The notes under the pieces: model-generated | The model's input: only the letters and a program-made list of their open reading frames with translations | Told to the model about the DNA's origin: nothing | The model's database searches: none | In this document: positions 47,370 through 56,376 of the stretch, piece by piece | Numbering within the stretch: position 1 is the stretch's first letter | Layout: every line of letters begins with the position of its first letter | From: Ostreococcus lucimarinus | Lineage: Eukaryota | Assembly: GCA_000092065.1 (NCBI GenBank) | Contig: CP000584.1 | Strand: one strand, 5' to 3' | Length of the DNA stretch: 64,000 nucleotides | Translations under genes and position numbers: made by a program

Positions 47370-48419
47370 TTAGCTTCGATTATCGATTGATATTCTACGT
47401 GAATCTTCCTCGTTTTCTCTATGTTTTTCCGCGAGCGATTTATCGTGCGCCACCGTGGTCAACGCGACGCCTAAAATCGTAACAATGGCGCCGACGATTT
47501 CACGCACGGTCAAGATTGGCGTACCTACGAGGGCGTGTGAAAACAATGTTTGAACGATTGGCAACAGCGTCAACGACACGCTCGCGACGAGAAGTGGCAG
47601 GTTTTGAACCGCAACGGTAATCGCCAAGTGTCCCACAGCGATGAGTACACCAACGGCGATGATGAATCGAACATCGTCGCAGTGCGGCCAAGCGAACACG
47701 CCGTAAGGCGGAGTGAGTGACCAGTCAGCTTGATCTGGCACGATCGCAAGAATTAGAAACGAGCACATCATCATGATGATAGTTGCAAATCCTTGAACGA
47801 TGAAGACGCTTGCATTTGTAATCCTGGGTTGTAATCCTGGGTACATCGCATTCTGGGTGCGCCGCATGGATGCGATGTACCCAGCGTACGAGATGGCCGA
47901 ACAAAGTGCAACGAGATCACCAGTGATCGTAGACGGGCGTTGCTGATCACGACGGTTGGAATACGTCGTTGTGATGATTGCCCCAGATATGGTTACGCCC
48001 ACGCCGAACCACTCCGTCCGACTTGGAAACGTCACCAACTCGGACTGGGCATGTCTACTCACGAAAGCAGCACACGCGGCGCCGAGCAAAATGAAAACGG
48101 GATGAACCTGCGCGAAGAGCGCGGTCCGAGGAAACGTCGTCATCTCTAGAGCGATATTCCACGTCGCGTACGACAGTTCTAGGCACACACCGACGACGAA
48201 AAGGGTGAGAATGACCGTTTTCGTCCATCGGATGCTATCGTCAGTAAAACAAGACCAACAGAGCGAAGGAAACAAAAACATCGCCGAAATCTGACTCCTC
48301 CACGAATTGCGCACAATAGGAGGAACCTCGACTAGGTCAAACATCGGGCCGCCAATTCCACAGGCGCACATCACGACGAAAAGCGCGAAAATCCCCGTCC
48401 AACGCGAACGCGGTGCCAT
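47370..48419 (-). CDS. Drug/metabolite transporter superfamily (EamA-like) membrane protein, about 10 TM
   Basis: It is polytopic and hydrophobic throughout, with two EamA-like halves (...LVALCSAISYAGYIASMRR... / ...LIAVGHLAITVAVQNLPLLVASVSLTLLPIVQTLFSHALVGTPI...). Start is probably MAPRSRW at about 48419. Confidence 0.6.
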   Translation of the reverse strand: MAPRSRWTGIFALFVVMCACGIGGPMFDLVEVPPIVRNSWRSQISAMFLFPSLCWSCFTDDSIRWTKTVILTLFVVGVCLELSYATWNIALEMTTFPRTALFAQVHPVFILLGAACAAFVSRHAQSELVTFPSRTEWFGVGVTISGAIITTTYSNRRDQQRPSTITGDLVALCSAISYAGYIASMRRTQNAMYPGLQPRITNASVFIVQGFATIIMMMCSFLILAIVPDQADWSLTPPYGVFAWPHCDDVRFIIAVGVLIAVGHLAITVAVQNLPLLVASVSLTLLPIVQTLFSHALVGTPILTVREIVGAIVTILGVALTTVAHDKSLAEKHRENEEDSRRISIDNRS

Positions 48420-48437
48420 GTTGTGAGGACGCACGTG

Positions 48438-48540
48438 CGACATTAAGCATCTAATACAGCATCTAATACACCACAACCGGTGATCACTAACGCGCGACTA
48501 AGCATCTAATACACCACAACTGGTGATCACTAACGCGCGC
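48438..48540. repeat. About 50-bp AT-rich direct repeat (2 copies)
   Basis: agcatctaatacaccacaaccggtgatcactaacgcgcga... is followed by ...agcatctaatacaccacaactggtgatcactaacgcgcgc. A partial third copy (catctaatacagcatctaatac) lies just upstream. The repeat sits between the DMT start and the cyclophilin stop. Confidence 0.8.
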
Positions 48541-49463
48541 GTCGGTTTGATCCACGCCGCCTTGGCCTTTCCCGCCCGCGAATCGCCTACGAGGTTGGCC
48601 AACGCGTTATACGCTCGCGCCGTCTCGCTCGGCTTGAATGTTTTTTCATTCGAAAGCCGCTGCACGACGTCCAAACCTTGTTCGACGCGACCAAAAACGA
48701 TGTTTTTGTTGTCGAGCGACGGTACCGGCGCTGGACCAGTCGTAATGAGAAATTGAGCCGTCGTTCCGTATTCGCCATCCTTCGCCGCTGACTCGAGCGC
48801 CAGACTCACCGTGCCCGGCCTAAAGTGCCGTCCCTCGAACGCGGACGCGCGCGTGACGTCGCCGTTACTAAACCTCTCCCCGCTCAGCGCCGAAACCTGC
48901 CCCAGTCTCGGACTCCCGCTCTTACCTCCGACGACGTACCCGTTGCCTTTGTCGATTTTATGAAACACCGTCCCCGCCAGCGTCGGCGTCGACGCCGCGT
49001 TCGAGCACAGCGCGAGAAAATTCCGCACCGTATCCGGCGCGGCGTCGCCGTACAATCCGACGACGATCCTCCCGAACGGTTCCGGCGTCGCGCACAGCGC
49101 GCCGCCGTCGTCGCCGAGCGCGCGCGCCGCGTTCGCCGCGCCCTCGCACGCGCCCACGTCCAGGTACACCCTCGCCGTGACGTTCGCCGTCGCGTCCATC
49201 GCGCGCGCGCGCGGCGTCATCACCGCCGCCGCGCACGCGCCGACGAGCGTCGCGCGCCGTCCCGTCGTCGCGTCGTCGTCGTCGTCGTCGTCGTCGTTCG
49301 TTTTCCCGTTTTCCAGCCGCGCGCGCCGCGCCGCCGCGCGCGCCGTCCCTCGCGCCGCGCGCGCGTCGCGTCCGACCGCGCGCGCGCTTCCCGCGTCGCG
49401 TCCGACCGCGCGCGCGCTTCCCGCGTCGCGCGCCGTCGCCGCCGCGACGCCGCGCGACGCCAT
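48498..49463 (-). CDS. Divergent cyclophilin-type peptidyl-prolyl isomerase with a twin-arginine lumenal targeting signal (thylakoid-lumen cyclophilin)
   Basis: The cyclophilin-like domain is GRIVVGLYGDAAPDTVRNFLALCSN...GTVFHKIDKGNGYVVGG...FGRVEQGLDVVQRL. The N-terminus is MASRGVAAATARDAGSARAVGRDAGSARAVGRDA... (tandem repeat), followed by an acidic run and then TTGRRATLVGACAAAVMTPRARA (RR, hydrophobic stretch, AxA). The upstream part of ORF 48498..50009 is trimmed. Confidence 0.7.
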   Translation of the reverse strand: MASRGVAAATARDAGSARAVGRDAGSARAVGRDARAARGTARAAARRARLENGKTNDDDDDDDDATTGRRATLVGACAAAVMTPRARAMDATANVTARVYLDVGACEGAANAARALGDDGGALCATPEPFGRIVVGLYGDAAPDTVRNFLALCSNAASTPTLAGTVFHKIDKGNGYVVGGKSGSPRLGQVSALSGERFSNGDVTRASAFEGRHFRPGTVSLALESAAKDGEYGTTAQFLITTGPAPVPSLDNKNIVFGRVEQGLDVVQRLSNEKTFKPSETARAYNALANLVGDSRAGKAKAAWIKPTRALVITSCGVLDA

Positions 49464-49487
49464 CGCGCGCGACACTGCGGCGCGCGC

Positions 49488-50459
49488 ATGCGCTGCATCG
49501 CGTCCGCGTCGCCGTCGGACGCGCGCGTCGTCGGTCGCGTGAAGCGCATCCACGCCTACGCGCTCAAGGGCGCGCGCTCGACGACGCTCGACGCCGCGGT
49601 CGTGCGTCCCGGCGGCGGCGTCCCCGACGACCGCGCGTTCGCGCTGCTGCGCGCGGAGCACGCCGAGCGCTGGCGACGCGACGGCGCGCGCGACGTCCTG
49701 CGCGCGGGCGAGGGCAAAGACCCGGGACATCACTCGAACAAGCACCTGTTTCACCAGCTCATCACGGACGGCGAGCTGGCGCGCGTGCGGGGACGCGCGT
49801 TCGGCGCGCGCGGCTTGGCGGTGGAGTGCGCGGCGAGCGGGAGGACGCTGGCGACGTGCGCGGACGCGGCGATAGAGAGCGAGCGAGCGAAGATCGAAGC
49901 GTTTTTCGGGACGCTGCTGAAGGGCGCGCGCGGGGCGCCGACGCTGACGCGGGCGGATGGGTGCTCGTTCGCGAACGTCGGCGGACGGCCGGGCGAACAC
50001 ACGCTGCACGTGAACACGACGGCGTCGGTGAGAGAGGCGTACGAGCGAACGTCGTCGTGGGAGCGAACGGGAGAGACGATGGAGGATTTCGCGCGTCGAT
50101 TTCGACCGAATCTCGTCGTCGAGGACGCGGGCGACGGCGCGTTGAAACCTTTCGACGAGTTCGCGTGGTGCGGTCGAGACGTTCGCTTCGGCGAAGTCGT
50201 CGTTCGCGTCGACGAACCGACGATTCGATGTCCGAGCACGCGCGTCCGATACGACGAATCCGGCGACGCCGGCGCGAATATCGACGCCGGCGCCCGTCCC
50301 GACGTCGACATTCGCGCCGCGTTTCCCGCGCTCGAGGCGTCCATATTCGGACGCGACCCCGTCGCGCTCGCCGACCGAGGCTCGTATTTCGGCGTGTACG
50401 CGCGAGTCGTCGTCGGCGGCGTCATTCGCGTCGGCGACGACGTCGCGTTGTTGCCGTGA
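49488..50459 (+). CDS. MOSC-domain protein (mARC/Mo-cofactor sulfurase C-terminal domain family)
   Basis: RVKRIHAYALKGARSTTLDAAVVRPGGGVPDDRAFALL is the MOSC N-terminal beta-barrel. ...TLLKGARGAPTLTRADGCSFANVGGRPGEHTLHVNTTASV...DFRFRPNLVVEDAG...YFGVYARVVVGGVIRVGDDVALLP is the MOSC domain with its conserved Cys. ATG at about 49488. The ORF-table start 48825 is read-through across the cyclophilin gene. Confidence 0.7.
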   Translation: MRCIASASPSDARVVGRVKRIHAYALKGARSTTLDAAVVRPGGGVPDDRAFALLRAEHAERWRRDGARDVLRAGEGKDPGHHSNKHLFHQLITDGELARVRGRAFGARGLAVECAASGRTLATCADAAIESERAKIEAFFGTLLKGARGAPTLTRADGCSFANVGGRPGEHTLHVNTTASVREAYERTSSWERTGETMEDFARRFRPNLVVEDAGDGALKPFDEFAWCGRDVRFGEVVVRVDEPTIRCPSTRVRYDESGDAGANIDAGARPDVDIRAAFPALEASIFGRDPVALADRGSYFGVYARVVVGGVIRVGDDVALLP

Positions 50460-50628
50460 CGTTCATCGCGTCGAGTCTCCTGGAAGTCTCGCCCGTCGAG
50501 TCTCGCCCGTCCGGCGAACCGGGAGTCGCGGCGTCGACCGCTCGGGAGCGCCCGGCGGGAGTGCCCAGTGACGACGCGCGATTCGGTGTCGATCTGAATC
50601 GGCGTCACAAACCCGCGCGGCGACGCTC

Positions 50629-51915
50629 GTGACCATGCTGAGCCACGCCATCGCGTTCAGTAACAACAAAGGAGGGTCCGGGAAGACGTTCATGGCGTTT
50701 CAGATCGCGTGCGAGGCCGCGAGGGCGCGGCCGGAGTCGAAAGTGTGCGTCATCGATTTCTCGCTGTACAGCGACATTAGCGCTTTGATGCTCGGCGGAA
50801 GCGCGCGCGAGGGGATCGGTGCGCCCATGCGCGGTCTGCAGACGTGCGTGGACATCACGGAGGCGGATAATCGCGCGGAAGGGCTGGTGCGCGCGCTGGA
50901 GGTGGCGGCGCAGGCGAGAGGGGAAGGGGACGAAGCGAGACGCGGCGAAAACGGCGGACGCGCGGGGCAGAGGAGCGTGTTCGGAACGTGGTTCTCGCGC
51001 GCGGGGAGCTCGGCGCAGTTGAAACACGAACCGCGAACGGATGTGGATTTGACGGATTTCATGATTCGTCCGCACGACGTGAACGAGGAAGTGCCGAAGA
51101 ACTTGTATCTGGTCGCCGGCGCCGGCACGGTGAGTTGGAATAGCGAGACGACGGCGATGGCGACGGATGATGAGATGGAGATTCCTTTGTGGGCGCGCAC
51201 GGGAGATGAGTGGGTTGGCGCTGGAGAAGTGTTTCGCGACGCCGTGCAGGCGTTGCCCGAGGCCTTTGACGCTATTTTTGTCGACACCGATCACTTGGCC
51301 GCGTGCGTGTTGACCAAGCTCGCGTTCGCCGCGATGGATTCCATCGTGATTCCTCTGAGTTACAACGACATGGATTTCAACCGCCTGTTCGCTGATATCA
51401 CCGGTAATGGATTGTTCACCGATGTTTTGCGGACGATGGACGAGCAAGGGCAGCTCCGAGCGCGCGTGAAGAAGTTTATGTTTACGCGCGTCGGGAGCAC
51501 GGCGAACGCTCCGCACAAGTCTCCGGGCGGCATCGCCTCGCCGTTCACTCCGACGAAAACGTCGACGGCTCAGATGGACGATATGGCGAGACAAATCTGG
51601 AGCGCGTGCGACCAGCCGCTGTACAAGGCGTTATTTGCAAACTTGGACGCTCTCGAAGCCGAGGGCGGGAACGTCGTGCAGTCCTTCATGACTGAATACT
51701 TTGGTATGTTCAAGCTCGTTCCAGAACTCGCCTCCCTGATCTCGACCATGAACGGTATCCCAGTGTGCGGCATGACCTCCAAGTCCTACACCGCCGCTAA
51801 TGGTCTGACTGGCTCCACCGGCTCGGCGGTTTTGAACAGCTTGAAGGCTGAGCTCGCGGCGAGCACGCAAACCATCTTGGACGCGCGATACAACGCCGCG
51901 ATTTCCTCCTCGTAA
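50629..51915 (+). CDS. ParA/MinD-class (SIMIBI) P-loop ATPase with deviant Walker A, atypical for a eukaryotic nuclear gene
   Basis: MTMLSHAIAFSNNKGGSGKTFMAFQIACEAA is the deviant Walker A KGGxGKT at the extreme N-terminus. ...KVCVIDFSLYSD is Walker A'-like. ...AFDAIFVDTDHLAAC is Walker B (hhhhD). ...DSIVIPLSYNDMDFNRL is followed by a 150-aa C-terminal extension with no recognisable domain. Confidence 0.6.
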   Translation: MTMLSHAIAFSNNKGGSGKTFMAFQIACEAARARPESKVCVIDFSLYSDISALMLGGSAREGIGAPMRGLQTCVDITEADNRAEGLVRALEVAAQARGEGDEARRGENGGRAGQRSVFGTWFSRAGSSAQLKHEPRTDVDLTDFMIRPHDVNEEVPKNLYLVAGAGTVSWNSETTAMATDDEMEIPLWARTGDEWVGAGEVFRDAVQALPEAFDAIFVDTDHLAACVLTKLAFAAMDSIVIPLSYNDMDFNRLFADITGNGLFTDVLRTMDEQGQLRARVKKFMFTRVGSTANAPHKSPGGIASPFTPTKTSTAQMDDMARQIWSACDQPLYKALFANLDALEAEGGNVVQSFMTEYFGMFKLVPELASLISTMNGIPVCGMTSKSYTAANGLTGSTGSAVLNSLKAELAASTQTILDARYNAAISSS

Positions 51916-52092
51916 TCCGAGCGGACGACGCAACCGTGAAGAATAAACACGCATAAACGAAAGTAGCCCGCGCGCCGCCGTACAGTCGGCGCGACTAGCG
52001 AACCATTGTAATCCACCAATTCCTGCATCGACCAGCCGCCGCGTCGTCGAGACGCGCCGCCCGCACACTTCGCCTGGCGCGCCGGTTCTTTC

Positions 52093-52824
52093 ATGCGAGT
52101 CAAGCGCGCGCGCAAGGTGCGAAAGTACCTGCGCTACTACCGCTCCGCGCACGGTTTTCGCGAGCCGTACAAGGTGATTTGCGACGGAAACTTCATCGCC
52201 GCCTGCGAAAAGCTCAACCTCGGCGACGCCAAAGACGTCGTCGCCAAGTACTTGGGCTCCAACGCGAAGGACGTCAAGGTGTTCACGACGCGATGCGTGC
52301 AAGAGGAGCTGCGAAACATGGGCCCGGAGTACAAGGGGGCGTCGATGCAGACGAAGAAGTTGCACCTGGTGGGCGGCGGACCGGCGCCGGGAGAGGCGAC
52401 GGCGGCGGCGTCCATCGTCGACGCGTGCGGGGCGAAGAACGAGGAACGATTCGTGGTGTGCACGCAAGACGATACATTGAAGGAGAAGTTGCGCGAGTGC
52501 GCGGGGGCGGTGCCGATTGTGTTCGCGCACACGAGTGGGTTGCAGATGGAGCCGCCGCCTGACGCGACGGCTGGGGGATTGACGTCGCAGCAGGAAGAGG
52601 TGCTGGGATTGAGCGCGGAGGAGCTGCGCGCGCTCGGGGTGGATGAACGCGAAGTGCGCGATGTGTACAAGGTTCGTACGAACGTCAAGTTCAAGAAGAA
52701 GTCGGGTGGGAAGAATCCGTTGAGTTGTTTGAAGAAGAAGCAAAAGGCGGCGCCGACGCCGACGCCGACGCAGGGTGGGGAGAAAAAGAAACGAGCTCGA
52801 CGCAAGAAAAAGAATAGCGAATGA
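52093..52824 (+). CDS. UTP23: rRNA-processing protein UTP23 (PIN-domain, Fcf1/Utp23 family)
   Basis: MRVKRARKVRKYLRYYRSAHGFREPYKVICDGNFIAAC... aligns with human UTP23 MKQKRAKSYRKQLLVYSHTFKFREPYQVLVDNQLVLEC. There is a PIN-like core and a Lys-rich C-terminal tail. Confidence 0.85.
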   Translation: MRVKRARKVRKYLRYYRSAHGFREPYKVICDGNFIAACEKLNLGDAKDVVAKYLGSNAKDVKVFTTRCVQEELRNMGPEYKGASMQTKKLHLVGGGPAPGEATAAASIVDACGAKNEERFVVCTQDDTLKEKLRECAGAVPIVFAHTSGLQMEPPPDATAGGLTSQQEEVLGLSAEELRALGVDEREVRDVYKVRTNVKFKKKSGGKNPLSCLKKKQKAAPTPTPTQGGEKKKRARRKKKNSE

Positions 52825-52923
52825 TTCTCGCGAGTAGCAATCGCGTGGGATGAATGGGTAGTGTGTATATTACGAGAACTAAAACATGTTTGATCCTCCA
52901 CGAACGCGAAAATCATTTCGCTA

Positions 52924-53970
52924 TTAATCCGCATCCATGTCGGCCGGACCCTTGCCACTTTCGATCGTTGCTTTCGATTCCGTGATCGCCGCGCGCAGTT
53001 CTTCAAACATCTCCAACGCCGCTTCGTCGCCCCCGCGTTGACGCACTATCTCTTCGCCCTGTTCCAAGTGTTCCAACGCGACGTCAAACTCGAGCGCGCC
53101 GTGATGCGCGTACGCGAGCATGTACCAAACGTCAACGTTGTCGTCACGCTCGCGAAGAAGTTCACAGAGAATGTCGATAGCAATCTCGGTCGTGGTGTCC
53201 AGTTCAAGTAACAGCTTGGCGGTCTCGAACCTAAACTCAAAAGATACGTTGAACTCGTGTTGAAACTCTTCGGCGCCGTTTTCTTCGTCCTCGTCCCGAT
53301 GCATCGCCCCTTGACGCCACATCTGTATGGATTCCTTCAAAATCTTCAGCGCTTCGTCGGTTTTTCCTTGTTCGTTTCTCAAGCTCGCTAACAGCTGCAA
53401 AGGCTCCGCCGAGACCGGATCGCTCGCTTTCGCGCGATTTATCAACTCCTCCACCTGAGCGCTCGTCTCCGCGTCCATCTCATCAGCCGTCCCGAGAATT
53501 TGCTCCGCCAGCGCACAACACGCCGAAGCGTGCGCACCTTGCGCGTCTTCATCACCCTTGTGCGCCTGTGCCTCTAATATCGCCAACCCTTGTCTCGTAC
53601 ACTTCGTCGCCGCCTCGCCGTCGTCCAGCAACTGCCCCAGATACATAAACTTTTCGTACCCTTCCGTCGGCGACAGCATCGCCGCTCGTTTCAGCGCCGC
53701 GATCGCCTCTTCTTGCGTTCCAAACTCCGCGAGCGTCATCGCCAGCGTCTCCGCCAGCGACGCATCATTCGGATGTTTCTTCGCCTCGGCGCGCAGCGTC
53801 GCGAGGCCCTCGTCGACGCGACCGTCCTCGATCGCCGCGTACGCCCCCTCGATCGCGCCCTCGATCGCGACGACGCGCGACGTCGTCGCCCCCCTCGGCG
53901 GTCCCGATTTCGCCTGTTTCGCCACTCCCGGCTTCGCCGCGCGCCGTCTCCCGCCTTGGCGCGCGCCCAT
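52924..53970 (-). CDS. Acidic TPR-like helical-repeat protein (possible ribosomal-protein chaperone, Acl4-like)
   Basis: About 348 aa from the ATG at about 53968-53970 (MGARQGGRRR...). TPR-like Ala/Leu-rich repeats are present (AYAAIEDGRVDEGLATLRAE..., KFMYLGQLLDDGEAATKCTRQGLAIL...) plus a very acidic C-terminal third. The upstream part of the ORF is trimmed. Confidence 0.4.
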   Translation of the reverse strand: MGARQGGRRRAAKPGVAKQAKSGPPRGATTSRVVAIEGAIEGAYAAIEDGRVDEGLATLRAEAKKHPNDASLAETLAMTLAEFGTQEEAIAALKRAAMLSPTEGYEKFMYLGQLLDDGEAATKCTRQGLAILEAQAHKGDEDAQGAHASACCALAEQILGTADEMDAETSAQVEELINRAKASDPVSAEPLQLLASLRNEQGKTDEALKILKESIQMWRQGAMHRDEDEENGAEEFQHEFNVSFEFRFETAKLLLELDTTTEIAIDILCELLRERDDNVDVWYMLAYAHHGALEFDVALEHLEQGEEIVRQRGGDEAALEMFEELRAAITESKATIESGKGPADMDAD

Positions 53971-54649
53971 GGTCGCGGTCGGAGCAATGGAACTCCGAAT
54001 TCGATTTCGACTTCGCGTCGCCTCGCGCGCGTTCGACGGCGCCCCGCGCGCCGCCGCTCGACCCGCGCGCGACGCGCGCGCGCGCTCGACGCTCGCTCGC
54101 GCGCGACCGCGCGCGTGCGTGCGAGACGCGGTGCGACGCGCAATGCCGCCGACGCCGAGTGGCGGCGGCAGAATGACGCTCGCCGGCGTCGCGACCGCGC
54201 CGCGCGCGCTCGCGGACACGCGACGGGCGACGATGGCGAAGACGATCGTCGGCGCGCTCGCGCCGCTCGTCGCGGCGCGCGCGCGCGCGAGCGACGGCGT
54301 CGTGATCGTGGAAGAAACCGTCGGTCGCGGCGTCGAGGTGCTCGCCGGCGTCGACGTCGTCAAGGTGAATTACACCGTCGCGCTCGCGTCGAGCAAGGCG
54401 AGGGTCGACTCGGCAAAGTTTTTCGTCTTCGGCGTCGGCGCCGGAGAGGTGGTCGAAGGATTCGACGCGATCGTGGGCGGGGACGGGGCGACGCCGCCGA
54501 TGCGCGTCGGCGGCGCGCGAAGAGCGGTGGTGCCGGCGGCGCTGGCGTACGGCGATCGCGGCGCGGGGTGCGATAAGACGGGAAATGCGTGTTCGATTCC
54601 GCCAGGGGAAGATTTAGAGTTCACCGTGGAGCTTTTAGAGGTCAAGTGA
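53969..54649 (+). CDS. FKBP-type peptidyl-prolyl isomerase with a bipartite transit peptide (thylakoid-lumen FKBP13-like)
   Basis: The FKBP domain is GVDVVKVNYTVALASSKARVDSAKFFVFGVGAGEVVEGFDAIVGGDGATPPMRVGGARRAVVPAALAYGDRGAG...IPPGEDLEFTVELLEV. It is preceded by an R/A/S-rich stretch and DTRRATMAKTIVGALAPLVAARARA (RR Tat motif, hydrophobic stretch, AxA). The start is either 53969 (MVAVGAMELRI...) or 54143 (MPPTPSGGG). Confidence 0.75.
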   Translation: MVAVGAMELRIRFRLRVASRAFDGAPRAAARPARDARARSTLARARPRACVRDAVRRAMPPTPSGGGRMTLAGVATAPRALADTRRATMAKTIVGALAPLVAARARASDGVVIVEETVGRGVEVLAGVDVVKVNYTVALASSKARVDSAKFFVFGVGAGEVVEGFDAIVGGDGATPPMRVGGARRAVVPAALAYGDRGAGCDKTGNACSIPPGEDLEFTVELLEVK

Positions 54650-54682
54650 CGCGGCGCGCGTTGCTTTGTAAATTACAGCGAC

Positions 54683-55945
54683 TCAACGCGCGGAGAGACT
54701 GGCGCACGCTTTTTGCGCGGCGTCGTCGAGGTCTTCGGCGGTGACGATGGTCATCCCGGACGACTTGAGAATCTTGTTCCCAGCCTCGACGTTCGTTCCC
54801 TCTAATCGCACGATGAGCGGGACTTTGAGATCGACTTGCTTGGCCGCGGCGACGATGCCGGCGGCGATGACGTCGCACTTCATGATGCCGCCGAAAATGT
54901 TCACCAAGATGGCTTGAACTTTCGGGTCGGCGGTCAAAATCTTGAAAGCTTCGACGACTTGCTCTTCGCTCGCGTTCCCGCCGACGTCGAGGAAATTCGC
55001 GGGCGAACCTCCGTAGAGTTGGATGATGTCCATGGTCGCCATGGCCAAACCCGCTCCGTTCACCATGCATCCGATGTTGCCGTCCAATCCGATGTAGTTC
55101 AAGTCGAATTTGCTCGCCTGCACCTCGCGCGGATCTTCCTGCGATGTATCGCGAAGGGAGAACAACTCGCTCTGTCGATATTCGGCGTTGTCGTCGAAGT
55201 TTAACTTGGCGTCCGCGGCGACGACGCGTCCGTCTTGATCCTCCGCGAGCGGATTCACCTCGATCATCGTGCAGTCGGTCTTGGAGAACGTTTCGTACAA
55301 CCCCATGAGTTGTTTCGCCGCCTCATCGACGTGTTTCAAAATTCCGAGTCGTTTCACCAGCTCGTCCGCCTGCGTCTTCGTCATCCCGCGCTCGATGTCC
55401 AACCGCATCTTAATAATCTTCTCCGGATGACTCTGCGCCAAGTCCTCGATCGACGTGCCGCCCTCCGCGCTCGCGATCACCAACGGTCCCGCGCTCGCCC
55501 TATCGAGCGTGATCGCGAAGTACATCTCCCGCGTCAGCGTCATTTTCTCCGCCACGTACACCACGTTCACCGGTTTCCCCGCCGGTCCGCTCTGTTTCGT
55601 CACCAACGTCCCCCCCAGCATCTTCGCCGCCGTCTCTCGCGCGCGCGTCTTCGCCACCGCGTGCACCCCTCCCTCGAACCCGCTCGCGAACGTCCCGAGT
55701 CCGCGCCCACCGGCGAGGATCTGCGACTTCACCACCACCTCGTCTCCGCGCATCGCGCGCGCGGCGTCGTCGACCTCGTCCAGCGTCCCGCACGCCGCGC
55801 CGATCGGCACGCGCACGCCAAACTTCTTCATGATTTCCGCGCCTTGGTACTCGTGCACGTGCAGCGCGCGCCGCGCGACGCGCGTCCACGGCGCGCGTTC
55901 GCGCGTCGCGCGTCGCGCGATCGCGATCGCGATCGCGCGCGACAT
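54683..55945 (-). CDS. Succinyl-CoA ligase (succinate-CoA synthetase) beta subunit, mitochondrial
   Basis: The 420-aa ORF begins with an ATP-grasp N-terminus ([22 protein letters not shown]...[14 protein letters not shown]) and is full-length colinear with SCS-beta, including the ..[31 protein letters not shown].. CoA-ligase motifs. A mitochondrial presequence is present. Confidence 0.95.
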   Translation of the reverse strand: MSRAIAIAIARRATRERAPWTRVARRALHVHEYQGAEIMKKFGVRVPIGAACGTLDEVDDAARAMRGDEVVVKSQILAGGRGLGTFASGFEGGVHAVAKTRARETAAKMLGGTLVTKQSGPAGKPVNVVYVAEKMTLTREMYFAITLDRASAGPLVIASAEGGTSIEDLAQSHPEKIIKMRLDIERGMTKTQADELVKRLGILKHVDEAAKQLMGLYETFSKTDCTMIEVNPLAEDQDGRVVAADAKLNFDDNAEYRQSELFSLRDTSQEDPREVQASKFDLNYIGLDGNIGCMVNGAGLAMATMDIIQLYGGSPANFLDVGGNASEEQVVEAFKILTADPKVQAILVNIFGGIMKCDVIAAGIVAAAKQVDLKVPLIVRLEGTNVEAGNKILKSSGMTIVTAEDLDDAAQKACASLSAR

Positions 55946-56037
55946 CGTCGGCGCGCGAGGGAGTGACGCGCGATCGCGATCGCGCGGGCGTAACGACTTT
56001 GCACCGCGCGGGCGTCACTCGTCGACGCGCGCGCGCG

Positions 56038-56370
56038 ATGGCGACGTCGGCGCGCGACGTCGGCGCGAGGGACGACTCGCGAGACGCGGTGACGGCGTTC
56101 GCGAGCGCGGGGGCGGCGTCGCTCGCGAGCGCGGTGTATTTCTGGAGGAAACGCGCGACGATGCCTTTTAAAATCAGCGCCGCGGCGACGTGGTTGACCG
56201 CGGGACCGGCGGCGGTGCTGTGGTACGCCCCGTCGCGGGCGTCGCTGGAGCGGGAGTTGGCGGAGAAGGCGGCGGCGCGAGGGGCGAGCGCGCGCGAGGA
56301 CGCGATACGGCGCGACGGGGTCGCGGCGGCGAGGACGCTGTTGGAGAAGAGAGCGAGCGAGGAAAGCTAG
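56038..56370 (+). CDS. Possible small membrane protein (2 hydrophobic segments)
   Basis: It lies in the 430-bp gap between the SCS-beta start and the SET stop. MATSARDVGARDDSRDAVTAFASAGAASLASAVYFWRKRATMPFKISAAATWLTAGPAAVLWYAPSRASLERELAEKAAARG... I recognise no family. Confidence 0.25.
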   Translation: MATSARDVGARDDSRDAVTAFASAGAASLASAVYFWRKRATMPFKISAAATWLTAGPAAVLWYAPSRASLERELAEKAAARGASAREDAIRRDGVAAARTLLEKRASEES

Positions 56371-56376
56371 GAGAAA

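Noticed and set aside
48825-49487. Upstream 220 aa of ORF 48825..50459 as an N-terminal extension of the MOSC protein
   Set aside because: It runs antisense through the cyclophilin gene and is poly-Arg/Val junk. The MOSC homology begins after the ATG at about 49488.
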